Assembly: GCA_038087875.1 (NCBI GenBank)
Contig: CM075988.1
Span: 18,416,001-18,480,000, forward strand
Reading direction: 5' to 3'
DNA from: Malacoraja senta
Lineage: Eukaryota
Length of the DNA: 64,000 nucleotides
Every line of letters begins with the position of its first letter. Position 1 is the stretch's first letter. The notes under the pieces are model-generated. The model made no database searches. It worked only from the letters and a program-made list of their open reading frames with translations, and had not been told where the DNA came from. Shown one piece after another: positions 51,092 to 62,250 of this stretch. The translations under genes and the position numbers were made by a program.

Positions 51092-51271
51092 TAAGAAGGA
51101 ACTGCAGATGCTGGAAAATCGAAGGCAGACAAAAATGCTGGAGAAACTCAGCGGGTGCAGCAGCATCTATGGAGCGAAGGAAATAGGCGACGTTTCGGGC
51201 CGAAACGTTGCCTATTTCCTTCGCTCCATAGATGCTGCTGCACCCGCTGAGTTTCTCCAGCATTTTTGTCC
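51092..51271. mobile_element. Young Penelope-derived fold-back insertion
   Basis: Near-perfect palindrome centred on CGTTTCGG-G-CCGAAACG; 14-bp TSD AACATGAAAGTCTT at 51078-51091 and 51272-51285. Confidence 0.85.
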
Positions 51272-51764
51272 AACATGAAAGTCTTGCTTGCTGTAGCTTG
51301 CAACGATTCAATGATATTTTATTGTCACATGTACGCAAGTGCGGTGAAATGTGTTGTTTTGCATGCAACCCAGTAATCTCATGCAGCCGACCGCATCGAG
51401 GCAGTACACTAGTGTCACTACGTTCTGCTGCCAAAGTTGCAGAAGTCTACCGGACAGTTCTATCTACTGCCTGCTGTTGAACATGGTAGCAGTCTTCCCC
51501 CCCTTCCCTTCCAGCCAGGCCCCCCCACCGCCCATTCTCCCCCACCGCCCATCCCCCCCCCACCCCCCCTCCTCCTCCGCGCCCCCCTTCTTTCTCTGTA
51601 AGGACTCGTTTATAGGCACATTAATGTAATAACACAGATAAATATATACAATAATCAAATACCATAGATAATCTATATTAGTTAACCATAGTGGTGCTAA
51701 ACCAGAGTCTGTGGTGCAACCAAAGGCACAGTCTGTAGAAGATCATAGTTGCTGAGGTAGCTGT

Positions 51765-52055
51765 TTTACAGATACAGCGAGGAAGCAGGCCCTTCGGCCC
51801 ACCGAGTCCGTGCTGACCAGCGATCAGCCGTACACTAGTTCTATCCTACACACCAGGGATAATTTACAGAAGCCAATTAACCTACAAACATGCACGTCTT
51901 TGGAATGTGGGAGGAAACTGGAGCACCCGGAGAAAACCCACGCGGTCACAGGGAGAACGTACAAACTCTGTGCAGATAACAGCCGTAGTTGGGATCGGGA
52001 TCGAATCTGGGTCTTTGGCGCTGTGAGGCAGCAACTCTACCGCTGCACCACAGTG
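51765..52055 (-). mobile_element. HE1-like V-SINE
   Basis: Core and head on the minus strand. Confidence 0.8.
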
Positions 52056-52625
52056 TTCAAGAGCCTGATGGTCACTGGGGAGAAGCTGCTCTTGAACCTG
52101 GACGTCACATTTTTCTCCTGAAACATAACTGAAACAAAGCCCAAAACCTTCCACTGACCCGTGGCTCATTGCAAAAACGGGGAAGTGGAATTACCTTCCT
52201 TTGTGAAAGGGTTTCAGTGCTTGACTAGTTTGCCTTTACTTGCCCGGATCAATCACGAGAGACTAGAACACTGAGTGGGAGACGAGGGGAATGCAGTTCG
52301 ATGAATAGGACAGCTTGTAAAATCTTCAATAAAGAAAAGATTAGAATGATTCACAGTAGGAATTCACTTCCCTCAAACAACACGATTCAACTTACAACTG
52401 AGGAAACTCGGGGCAGGGAGAGACGGGACAGAGAAAAAACAAAACCCAATAATTACTGTAATTCGAGACTGTCCAAAGAGTTATTTTTTGACCAGCAGGG
52501 ACTTCCTCTGGACCTTTGTGCCAAGTCTATGGACTCAGGATGATTATACCTGGGACAGCCACAGCACACCTACACCTTACCTGACCCAGGCTATCAGCTG
52601 GTTAACCTGTGTCACCTGTAGATAG

Positions 52626-52870
52626 GGCAGGCATGGTGATGCAGCGGTAGAGTTGCTGCCTTACAGCGCCAGAGACCCGGATTCGATCCAGAATACTGCG
52701 TGGGTTTTCTCCGGGTGCTCTGGCTTCCTCCTACAATCCAAAGACGTAAAGATTTGCAGGCTAATTGGCTTGGTAAAATTGTAAATTGACCCTAGTGTGT
52801 GTTAGTGTGCGGGGATCGCTGGACTCTGTGGGCAGAAGTGCCCGTTTCTGCGCTGCACCTCTAAACTAAA
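52626..52870 (+). mobile_element. HE1-like V-SINE with internal deletion
   Basis: Head, B box and (CTAAA)n tail. Confidence 0.8.
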
Positions 52871-54272
52871 CATTAATCAAAGTCTAATGCTGCATTAGAT
52901 AGATTTCAGACCAATATTTCCACATTGGTGTTTTTCATCAGTTACACAAATAAGAGGATAAACACTCACACTTCAACAGGCTCTGAAATAATCCCCCCAA
53001 ATCCAAACACTATCCCTACTTGCATTTGGTAGCAGTCAAACTTGGCAAGGCTAAACCAAGAGCAAGCTTGGTCAAGCCCCGAATTTATCAATAATCAGAT
53101 TACACAAAATACTTCAAAAACAACTGGCAACATTATCAAAGCACAGAAGCAAGAAATAATCTCCTGAAATCTCCAAGTAATTTGATGCAAATAAGTGTGA
53201 GTGTTCCACCAACATCAACCAGGACCATTTGTTATTTGTTAATCACCACCCAGCCCAGAGGGGGGGTAGACAAAGCAACCGTTTCACATTCCTTAGTGCA
53301 CAGATCACTGTGGGTCACAGGCAAATGAAGCAATGTAAATGTCCATCTCTTCCACTTCCACTTCCACACACACACACACACCAAATGCTTCTTGGCAGAA
53401 CATGTCCCACAACTAACCCCTCCCTGTCTTTCACAGTTCACTACTCAGGTTTATTCACTTCCAGGAGACATGAAAAACTGCAGATGCTGGAACCGTGAGC
53501 AAAACACAAAAGTGCTTCTGTTTGAAGAAGGGCCCCGACACAAAACGCCGTCTGTCCATTCCCCCGACAGACGCTGCCTGACCTATCGAGTTCCTCGAGT
53601 ACTTTGTTTTAATCAGTAACAGGGCTGGTTCAGTGTAAAACCCAAACCAACCACTGCCAACACGAACCTATGTATCATTTGTGCAAAATAAAAATCACCC
53701 AGTCAAACTTGATATCTCCCACCAATAAAGCCTTCCCAGCTAAAACCCCTCGTTCATCCCCAACATAGGACCGTCACAGCTCCTCGTGACAGGCGAGCAA
53801 CATAGAACACGGATCAGAACAGCACAAGAATAGGCCCACAATTCAGTGCTGAAAACTGTGGTGTTCATTGTTTTTTATACTGAACTTTATGCTTGTTTAT
53901 GACAGTGTTTAAAGAGTATTATGCCAACATGGTTGTTGTGCTGCTGCAAGTAAGAATCCAGGTTCAGGAGCAGCTTCTCCCCTACAACCACTTGGCAATT
54001 AAACACGACAACCTCCAAATAGGCTCTAACGGGTCTCGACCCGAAACGTCACTCATCCCTTCTCTCCAGAGTTGCTGCCTGTCCCGCTGAGTTTCTTCAG
54101 CTTTTTGTGTCTATCTTCGGTCTAAACTACATTATATAGACTTGGGGGCAATGTTTTTGACTGTGCATTACTCTGGTCTATTTATTTGTTTATATCCACA
54201 CATATATACGAAGATTTATATGTGTATATGCACAGGTGTATATGTGGGTTTTACAGATTTCAATGTTTAAAT

Positions 54273-54518
54273 AGGTAGACAAAAGTGCCGGAGAAACTCA
54301 GCGGGTGAGGCAACATCTATGGAGTGAAGGAAATAGGCAACGTTTCGGGCCGAAACCCTTCTTCAGACTAGGTTTACATATCTGTGTTTAAGAAGGAACT
54401 GCAGATGCTGGAAAATCGAAGGTACACAAAAATGCTGGAGAAACTCAGCGGGTGCAGCAGCATCTATGGAGCGAAGGAAATAGGCAACGTTTCAGGCCGA
54501 AACCCTTCTTCACACTAT
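54273..54518 (-). mobile_element. Two tandem Penelope-derived hammerhead-like units
   Basis: Cores at 54339-54366 (intact) and 54486-54513 (mutated); GTTTACATATCTGT repeated at 54372-54385 and 54519-54532. Confidence 0.8.
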
Positions 54519-54992
54519 GTTTACATATCTGTTGTGCTGCCGAAGGAGGTATGACCGGGGTGGGAAAAGTTGTTGATTGTGTTGGCTGTTTTTCGGAGGC
54601 AGCGTGAAGTGTAGATGGAGGCAATGGTGGGAAGTCTAGCCTGGTCTGTGTGGTGGACTGGGCTACATCCACACATCTACGCAATTTCTCGCAGTCTTGG
54701 GCAGAGCTGCTCCCAAACCAAGCTGTGAAGTGCCCTGACAGTAAGGCACGTTTTAAAAGCTGTATCCTGCGGCACAGTCAGCTAACAAATGATCGAGTGC
54801 CCACACCCTCCGCCCCACCCTGTCAGTGTCAGTGTAGCCCTGGGGCCAAACACGGAGATAACACAAACGTCCTTCACATGATCTTCTTCACAGGCTGATA
54901 CAAGACACACTTGGAAGTCCACCGATCACATTTCCACAGGGCCCAGCTTAGAACAGTCACTGGAATGTTCAGGGGAATACCAACAACCGATC

Positions 54993-55254
54993 AGTCTGAA
55001 GAAGGGTCTCGACCCGAAACATCACCCATTTCTTCTCCCCAGAGATGCTGCCTGTCCCGCTGAGTTACTCTAGCATTTTATGTCTATCTTCTCTCCAGAG
55101 ATGCTGCCTGTCCCGCTGAGTTACTCCAGCATTCTGTGTCTATCTTCTCTCCAGAGATGCTGCCTGTCCCGCTGAGTTACTCCAGCATTTTGTGTCTATC
55201 TTCTCTCCAGAGATGCTGCCTGTCCCGCTGAGTTACTCCAGCATTCTGTGTCTG
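54993..55254 (+). mobile_element. Penelope-derived element with hammerhead-like head and a 4x56-bp tandem array
   Basis: Core at 54996-55023; array 55031-55253; 13-bp TSD CCAACAACCGATC at 54980-54992 and 55255-55267. Confidence 0.85.
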
Positions 55255-56575
55255 CCAACAACCGATCCGAGCTTTAAACCGACGTTAATCTCAGGAGCTA
55301 GGAGGCAGTTTGTGTTTTTGCAAATGTCTGGTCGACTGACAATTCACAACCCAGCTGCCGTGTGTTATCTTTTAATTAAACACTGCAGCCATTCACAGGA
55401 ATTCGTTTTTTTTCATATTTTGAAATCAAATTACAAGGGCATTTGCTTTAACAGGTAGGAAAACAAAAGACTCTGCTCGTGTTTAACATTCCTCAGAACC
55501 AAGATGGGGTCATGTTGTTTAATCAGCCTTTTATGTGAACCGTTCGTGTTAGGTTTGAAACAAGCTGGGGTGCGGACCTGCCCGCGCGCTTTCATGTGGT
55601 ATGTTATGTTTAGTTTTGTTTAGAGATACAACATGGAAACAGGCCCTTCCACCCACCGAGTCCACACTGACCAATGATCACCTGTTCACACTAGTTCTAT
55701 GTTGTCCTACAATCTCATCCACTCATCACTCTAGGGCCAATTTATGGGGGGGGGGGGCAATTAACCTCCATGCCCGCACGTCTTTAGGATGTGGGTGGAA
55801 ACCGGAGCACCCGGGGGAGTCCCACACGGTCGCAAGGGGAACATACAAACTCAACATAGACAGCACGGAAGGTCGTGACTGTCACACCAGCGTCACTCAC
55901 TCAGGGTGGGGGTGGGGGGGGAATCAGCATTAACTCACCGGAAAAAGAAATCCAGATAACAAAGTATAAACTAAACAACACAAGCACCAGAGCAAAGCAC
56001 AACCTGCGGGAGAGAATCTGAGGCAGCAAAAGCGAACAAGGCCTTCGCTTGTACCGCACGATCAGAACTCTATGTTAATAACGTTTTGGAGTTGCAGGAT
56101 TAGCAGACTGGATTACATTGCTTACTTGATTAAATTTTACTTAAAACAAGTTCGCAATAATTCTTCCAATTAGGATTTTGAATTTTCTATTCACTCTCAG
56201 CTAAGTGAATGGGCAATAAAAAGCTGCAAAAAAGAATTTCCACCTCAATGGCTACAATTTAATCTGCAAGTTATTACGGAGCAGTAATTAATTTTCCACA
56301 GACTTAAAACAAAACTTATTTATTGTTTTGACGGTTGAAATGTGGCAGCTGGGAGGGATCGGAGCATAGCCTAGGTGTGGAGTGGGCGATCCAGCTGCAG
56401 GTAGTGGTCCAGATGGGCAATGTTGGCTCAGGCAGCCTCCCATTTACAACGTTCGTATAGAACCAGGTAGTTGAGGCAGGTACTATTGCAACGTTTAAGA
56501 AACATTTAAACATCTACATGCTTGGGACAGGTTTAGAGGGACTTGGGCCAAACACAGGTAGGTGGGACAAGTGTA

Positions 56576-58129
56576 CAGTGCCCTCCATAATGGTTGGGAC
56601 AAAGACCCGTCATTTATTTATTTGCCTCTGTACTCCACAATTTGAGATTTGTAATAGAAAAAAAAAATCACATGTGGTTAAAGTGCACATTGTCAGATTT
56701 TAATAAAGGCCATTTTTATACATTTTGGTTTCACCATGTAGAAATTGCAGCAGTGTTTATACACAGTCCCCCCATTTCAGGGCACCATGATGTTTGGGAC
56801 ACACCAATGTCATGTAAATGAGAGTAGTCATGTTTAGTATTTTGTTGCATATCCTTTGCATGCAATGACTGCTTGAAGTCTGCGATTCATGGACATCACC
56901 AGTTGCTGGATGTCTTCTCTGGTTATGCTCTGCCAGGCCTGTATTGCATCTTTAGCTTATGCTTGTTTTGGGGGCTAGTCCCCTTCAGTTTTCTCTTCAG
57001 CATATAAAAGGCATGCTCAATTGGGTTCAGATTGGGTGAATGACTTGGCCACTCAAGAATTGACCATTTTCTAGCTTTGTAAAACTCCTTTGTTGCTTTA
57101 GCAGTATGTTTGGGATCATTGTCTTGCTATAGAATGAACTGCCGGCCAATGAGTTTTGAGGCATTTGTTTGAACTTGAGCAGATAGGATGTGTCTATATA
57201 CTTCAGAATTCATTATGCTACTACCATCAGCAGTTGTATCATCGATGACGATAAGTGAGCCATTACCTTCAGCAGCCATACATGCCCAGGCCATAACAAC
57301 TCCACCACCATTTCACAGATGACGTGGTATGCTTTGGATCTTGGGCAGTTCCTTCTCTTCTCCATACTATGCTCTTGCCATCACTCAGATATAAGTTAAT
57401 CATCGTCTCATCTGTCCACAAGACCTTTTTCCAGAACTGTGGTTGCTCTTTTAAGTACTTCTTGGCAAACTGTAACCCGGCCATCCTATTTTTGCGGCTA
57501 ACCAGTGGTTTGCATCTTGCAGTTTAGCCTCTGTATTTCTGTCCATGAAGTCTTTATTATAGAGAGAATTCTTCTGTCATCAGCTGTAGAGGTTTTCTTT
57601 GGCCTGCCAGCCCCTTTGCGATTAGTAAGCTCACCAGTGCTCTCTTTCTTCTTAATGATGTTCCAAACAGTTGATTTTGGTAAGCCTAAGGTTTGGCTGA
57701 TGTCTCTAACAGTTTTATTCTTGTTTCTCAGTCTCATCATGGCTTCTTTGACTTTCATTGGCACAACTTTGGTCCTCATGTTGATAAACAGCAATAAAAT
57801 GTTCCAAAGATGATGGAAAGACTGGAGGAAAGACTAGGTGCTGAGAGCTCTCTGATACCTGCATTAAAGAGGCAATTAAACACACGGGAGCAATAAAAAA
57901 CACATGTGAAGCCGTGTGTCCCAAACAATATGGTGCCCTGAAATGAGGGTCTATGTATAAACACAGCTGTAATTTCTACATGGTGAAACCAAAATGTATA
58001 GAAATGGCCTTTAATAAAATCTGACAATATGCACTTTAACCATATGTGATTTTTTTTCTATTACGAATCTCAAATTGAGGCTAATAAATAAATGATGGGT
58101 CTTTGTCCCAAACATTATGGCGGGCACTG
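56576..58129 (-). mobile_element. Tc1/mariner DNA transposon, IR/DR type, near full length, defective
   Basis: ~220-230-bp TIRs starting CAGTGCCC; TA TSD at 56574-56575 and 58130-58131; inserted in a CR1 tail. Confidence 0.95.
56834..57779 (-). pseudogene. Tc1 DD34E transposase pseudogene
   Basis: HTH region RDISQTLGLPKSTVWNIIKK, GRPKK, VLWTDET, QDNDPKHT...WPSHSPNLNPIE (34 residues between D and E); in-frame stop, frameshifts and an internal deletion. Confidence 0.93.
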
Positions 58130-58932
58130 TAGATGGGGCATGTTGGTCGGCATGGGTAGGTTGGGCCAAAGGGTATGTTTCCACGCTGTACGACTCAACG
58201 CCCTGGGGGATTTCCGAGACCGCTGAGCACCGTGGGGAGTGGAATGCATCCTTGCCAAGGATTGTAATATAGTTGTTTAATTTTCAGTATATTGATATTC
58301 AAGAATATTTGTTTTACTTTGTGCTATGGTAGTGGGTATTGTTTTGTTTTGTAAATATTACTCTTGTAACTAATTGATTTAAGTTATTTTTCGGTAAATG
58401 ATATATATATTTTTTTAAAGGAGATGCGGACTGTTTCTCTGGTTGGGGCGGGGTGTTCCGTTAATTAAAGTTTGCTGACACCCAGGTCCCAGAAAGGTCA
58501 GCATTCACTGTTCACCCTTTACACCTCATAAGTGCAGAGTCAAGAGTTTAATGGTCAAATGTACCAGTTAACAGCATCATGAAATCTCAGGAGATTTTAA
58601 TAAGAACCCGAGGGGCAACTTTTTCCACACAGGGTGGGTGTATGGAACGAGCTGCCAGAGACGGTAGTTGAGGCAGATATAATAAAAACATTTAAAGAAA
58701 CACTTGGACGGGTACATGGATAGGGAATGTTTAGAGGGATATGGGAATATGCGGGCAGGTGGGACATGGTTGGCCAATGCAAGCTGGGCTGAAAGGCCTA
58801 TTTCTATGCTGTATGACTCAAAATTCTTGTTTGCTGCAGCTTAGCAGGCCCATTAATGCAATAAAACAAATAAATATACAATACAATAACTTAATAATCA
58901 GCTAAATTTATCGCAAAGTTGAGGAGCTGAGT

Positions 58933-59219
58933 AGTTTAGTTTAGAGATACAGTGCGGAAACAGGCCTTTCGGCCCACCGAGTCTGCACCAACGAGCGATC
59001 CCCACACATTAACACCATCCTACACACACTAGGGACAATCTACAGTTATTCCAAGCCAATTAACCTAGTGTGGGAGGAAACCGAAGATCTCGGAGAAAAC
59101 CCACGCGGTCACGGGGAGAACGTACAAACTCCGTACAGACAGCACCCGTAGTCGGGATCGAACCCGGGTCTCCGGCGCTGCAAGTGCTGTAAGGCAGCAA
59201 CTCTACCGCTGTGCCACCC
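58933..59219 (-). mobile_element. HE1-like V-SINE
   Basis: (TTTAG)n tail, core, GGTTCGATCCC B box on the minus strand. Confidence 0.85.
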
Positions 59220-59224
59220 TAAGC

Positions 59225-59650
59225 TGCTAACGGCTTGCTTGAATCGTTGAATTTGTTCTGGTAGGAGTGCTCCCACAGTCCTGTCGAGACAGGAGCTAAC
59301 GGATTTCCACCCAGTGATGATACAGTTCTGACTCAGGATGGTGAGAATTTGGAGGGGAACTGCTGGTGGTGGTGTTCCCATGCGCCTGCTGCCCTGTCCA
59401 TCTTGATGCCAAAGGCTTTGGAGATGTTGACTAGCCTAAGCAAGCAACTGCATCTTATTTCATAGATGGTGTGCACTGGACTGGAAATAGAGGGGGAGGT
59501 TGATTATATACACTCAAGCACACTGCTCTGTGCTGAATGATCCTGAGTTTCTTGAAAGTTGCTAAAGATACTTGTAGCCAGGCAGGTGGCGTGTGCTCCA
59601 TTCTCCTCACCCGTGCCTTATAGATGATGCAATGGTTCTGGACCATGACC
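59225..59650 (-). mobile_element. Ancient degraded CR1/L2-group LINE C-terminal remnant
   Basis: IYKARVRRMEHTPPAW...TFKKLRIIQHRAVCL resembles the YKA.VR..MEY...AW......L..IQ..A.R segment that follows RT domains. Confidence 0.55.
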
Positions 59651-60874
59651 AGGTGAGTCACTGACTACATGTAAGAACTTCATTGTTCCAACCAAGGCAT
59701 ATAACAATAAATCACTCGACTCTTGACAATATCCTGAGTCCTGATCTTGTCGTGACCATGGGGATATGTGTGGCTGTTCCAGTCGAGCTTCTGGAGCCCA
59801 TAAAGAAAGTTCCAAATAGCAGAGGGAGAATGAACACATGATCACATTGAATGGCGGTGCTGGCTCGAAGTGCCGAATGGCCTACTCCTGCACCTATTGT
59901 CTATTGTCTAATAAACCAGATGAGATTAATAAATCTGGAAATTATAACCAAAAGTGTAAATTGGAATGTAACAGTGTCTTCAGTTAAGAATTTTTAAACA
60001 TTGTAGAAACAAGAAAATGTAGATGCTGGATAATACACAAAAGGACACAAAGTAACAGAGTAACTCAACGGGTCAGGCAGCATCTCTGGAGAACATGGAT
60101 AGGTGGTTTTGGTCCAGATCCTTCTTTAGACTGGGATAAAACTGCGTTAAAACATTTGCACTCAATCTCAAACCCATTGGAGTAGAATGGAAAGTGAAGG
60201 GCAGGTAAAAGTAAAAGATTGCAAATGTTGGGTGTGTTCAGAAAATGTGATGCCTGCACCATGAACTGGTTCCTCTCTCCAGAGGCTGTTTAGCCTGCTG
60301 AGTATTTCCAGCATTTTTAAAAAAATTGTTGTGGGAATGTTTGGCTGTTCTACGTCTGCAGAATGTGATGTGGTTCCCTTGTAAGAACTTGTCTAGACAG
60401 GTGCAATCAGTTAATGATTGGGTTCCGTGTCAACATGCAAACGTTTTTGATCGGAAATTATACGGCTCCTCTAAGATTCTTACAGACTGTTAGTCAGTGG
60501 CTGGACTCTTGCGGTTGGTCTGAAACAAAACTAAATCAAAGCACCACGTAGCCAGACCTCACACTGGAGCGGTAGGAGAGTGAACCGGGATAATGCCTCC
60601 AGCGTCTTCAAGTCGGCTGCAGGAGGTGCCCCCGGCGGACAGAGCTGGTCGGGCGAGGAGTGGAGAGGGACGTCGGATCGCGGGAACTGCTCCTGTACAA
60701 CACGCGTGCGGGCCGACCGGTCTTTGGAATGATGGCGCCAAAAATGGCGGCACCCGCATGTGTTATATATGCAAAATTAATTTAATATGAATATATTGCA
60801 ATATGACAAATAAAAAGCGCCATTGAACTATCGACAGAAGCATCAGTCAACAGCACTCCTCCCGATTCAGTAAA

Positions 60875-61000
60875 TTCGGAGTCCCAGGCCAGCACTAAAA
60901 TCCAAGCTGATGTTTCACAGCGTGAGTACTGCACTGCCAGAGGTGCTGTGTTATAGCTGAGTGCTTCTACCAAGGCTGGTCTGTTGGCCTGTTCTCTCAA
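60875..61000 (+). mobile_element. Ancient DeuSINE/SacSINE1-like 5' remnant
   Basis: AAAATCCAAGCTGA...GAGTACTGCACTGCCAGAGGTGCTGT resembles the SacSINE1 head region as I recall it. Confidence 0.4.
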
Positions 61001-61971
61001 AAGAACCAACCTTAATGTGTAGGGATGTTAACCAGCTTCCAATTCACCACTCGTATGACATAGCCCAATAGGTTAAATGCTCATTTTCATCATTTTTGAC
61101 AGATGCATAGATAGTCACAGATGGGAAAGGTTTGGAGATATGGGCCCAATGCAGGTAAACGGGAGAAACCCAACATGCTAATATTTGGTCGACAAGGACA
61201 AGGAGGGCTGAACGGCTTGTTTCCGCACTGTCCAGTGGGAGTTTGCTGAGTGAATTTTTTTAATAACATCACCTCCACTTTATTGACAGTAGAGTGCTTT
61301 GGAATTCCTTTAACAACGTTACCTAGTATTACTCATTATTGATCTAGTATTTCTGATCCTTGTATATTTATCGGCGTGTTATTGCTTTTGCAGACCTGTT
61401 ATGCTGCAGCAAGGCAGAATTTCATTGTTCCATTGCCGGTAACATAGGATAAATACCATAGCCTCTTGGAGAATGTGTCACGTGCTACGGAATGCAAGCC
61501 AGCAAACTAATTCCCCAGGGAATTATTCTAATAGTCCAGGAAGCGGGATTTCCAAGCACCCAAAACAAAAGTTAGACATACCACGCAAACTCAATGATTT
61601 CAAAAATAAAATTCCACTTATATGTTCTGCGCTTGAGAGAATGGAGAATAAAAGAAAGTAATAAACGACTTCATTACTTAAAATCACATTAGTCACAGCC
61701 TATTAATGTAATAACCAATTTAAGCAAAAAAAGTTATGATATTATCAAATTTAGATAAAACTTCTGATTAATTTTACATTTGTAGCTTAATGGCATGTCA
61801 TTGGTTACACATTTCCAAATATACCAAAACATTGGTGGCATTTGAACTGAAATCAGTTCATCTCTGAAATCTGTGCACAACTTTCTATGATAACATTGCC
61901 ATATGATAACAGTCCCCCCTGCTGTCTTGGCTAATGCAAGGACCTCTCACTCATTATTGTTAAACGCGAAA

Positions 61972-62250
61972 CCCTGGAAGAACTCAGCGGGTCAGGCAGG
62001 ATCTGTGGAGGGCAATGCACAGGTGACGTTTCAAGTTAAGACCCTTCTTCAGACTGTTTGGGAGTATTGGAGAGTAAGCTGGAAAAGGAAGAAGTGGGGT
62101 AGAGCTAAGCCTGGCAAGTGATAGGTGGAGGAAGGAACTGCAGTGGCTGGTTTATACTGAAGATAGCCACAAATGCTGGAGTAATTGCTGAAGAATGGTC
62201 TCGACCCGAAAAGTCACCTATTCCTTTTCTCCAGAGTTGCTGGCTGACCA
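61972..62250. mobile_element. Older Penelope 3'/pseudo-LTR remnants in mixed orientation
   Basis: Degenerate hammerhead-like unit joined to a longer pyrimidine-rich upstream segment; the same segment recurs on + at ~62410-62500. Confidence 0.6.

Noticed and set aside
55031..55253. CRISPR-like regular repeat array
   Set aside because: Units are head-to-tail with no unique spacers, there are no cas genes, and the context is eukaryotic repeat DNA.
56370..56400. GGGCGATCCAGCTGC resembling the 7SK 5' end
   Set aside because: The similarity is only ~15 nt and does not extend.
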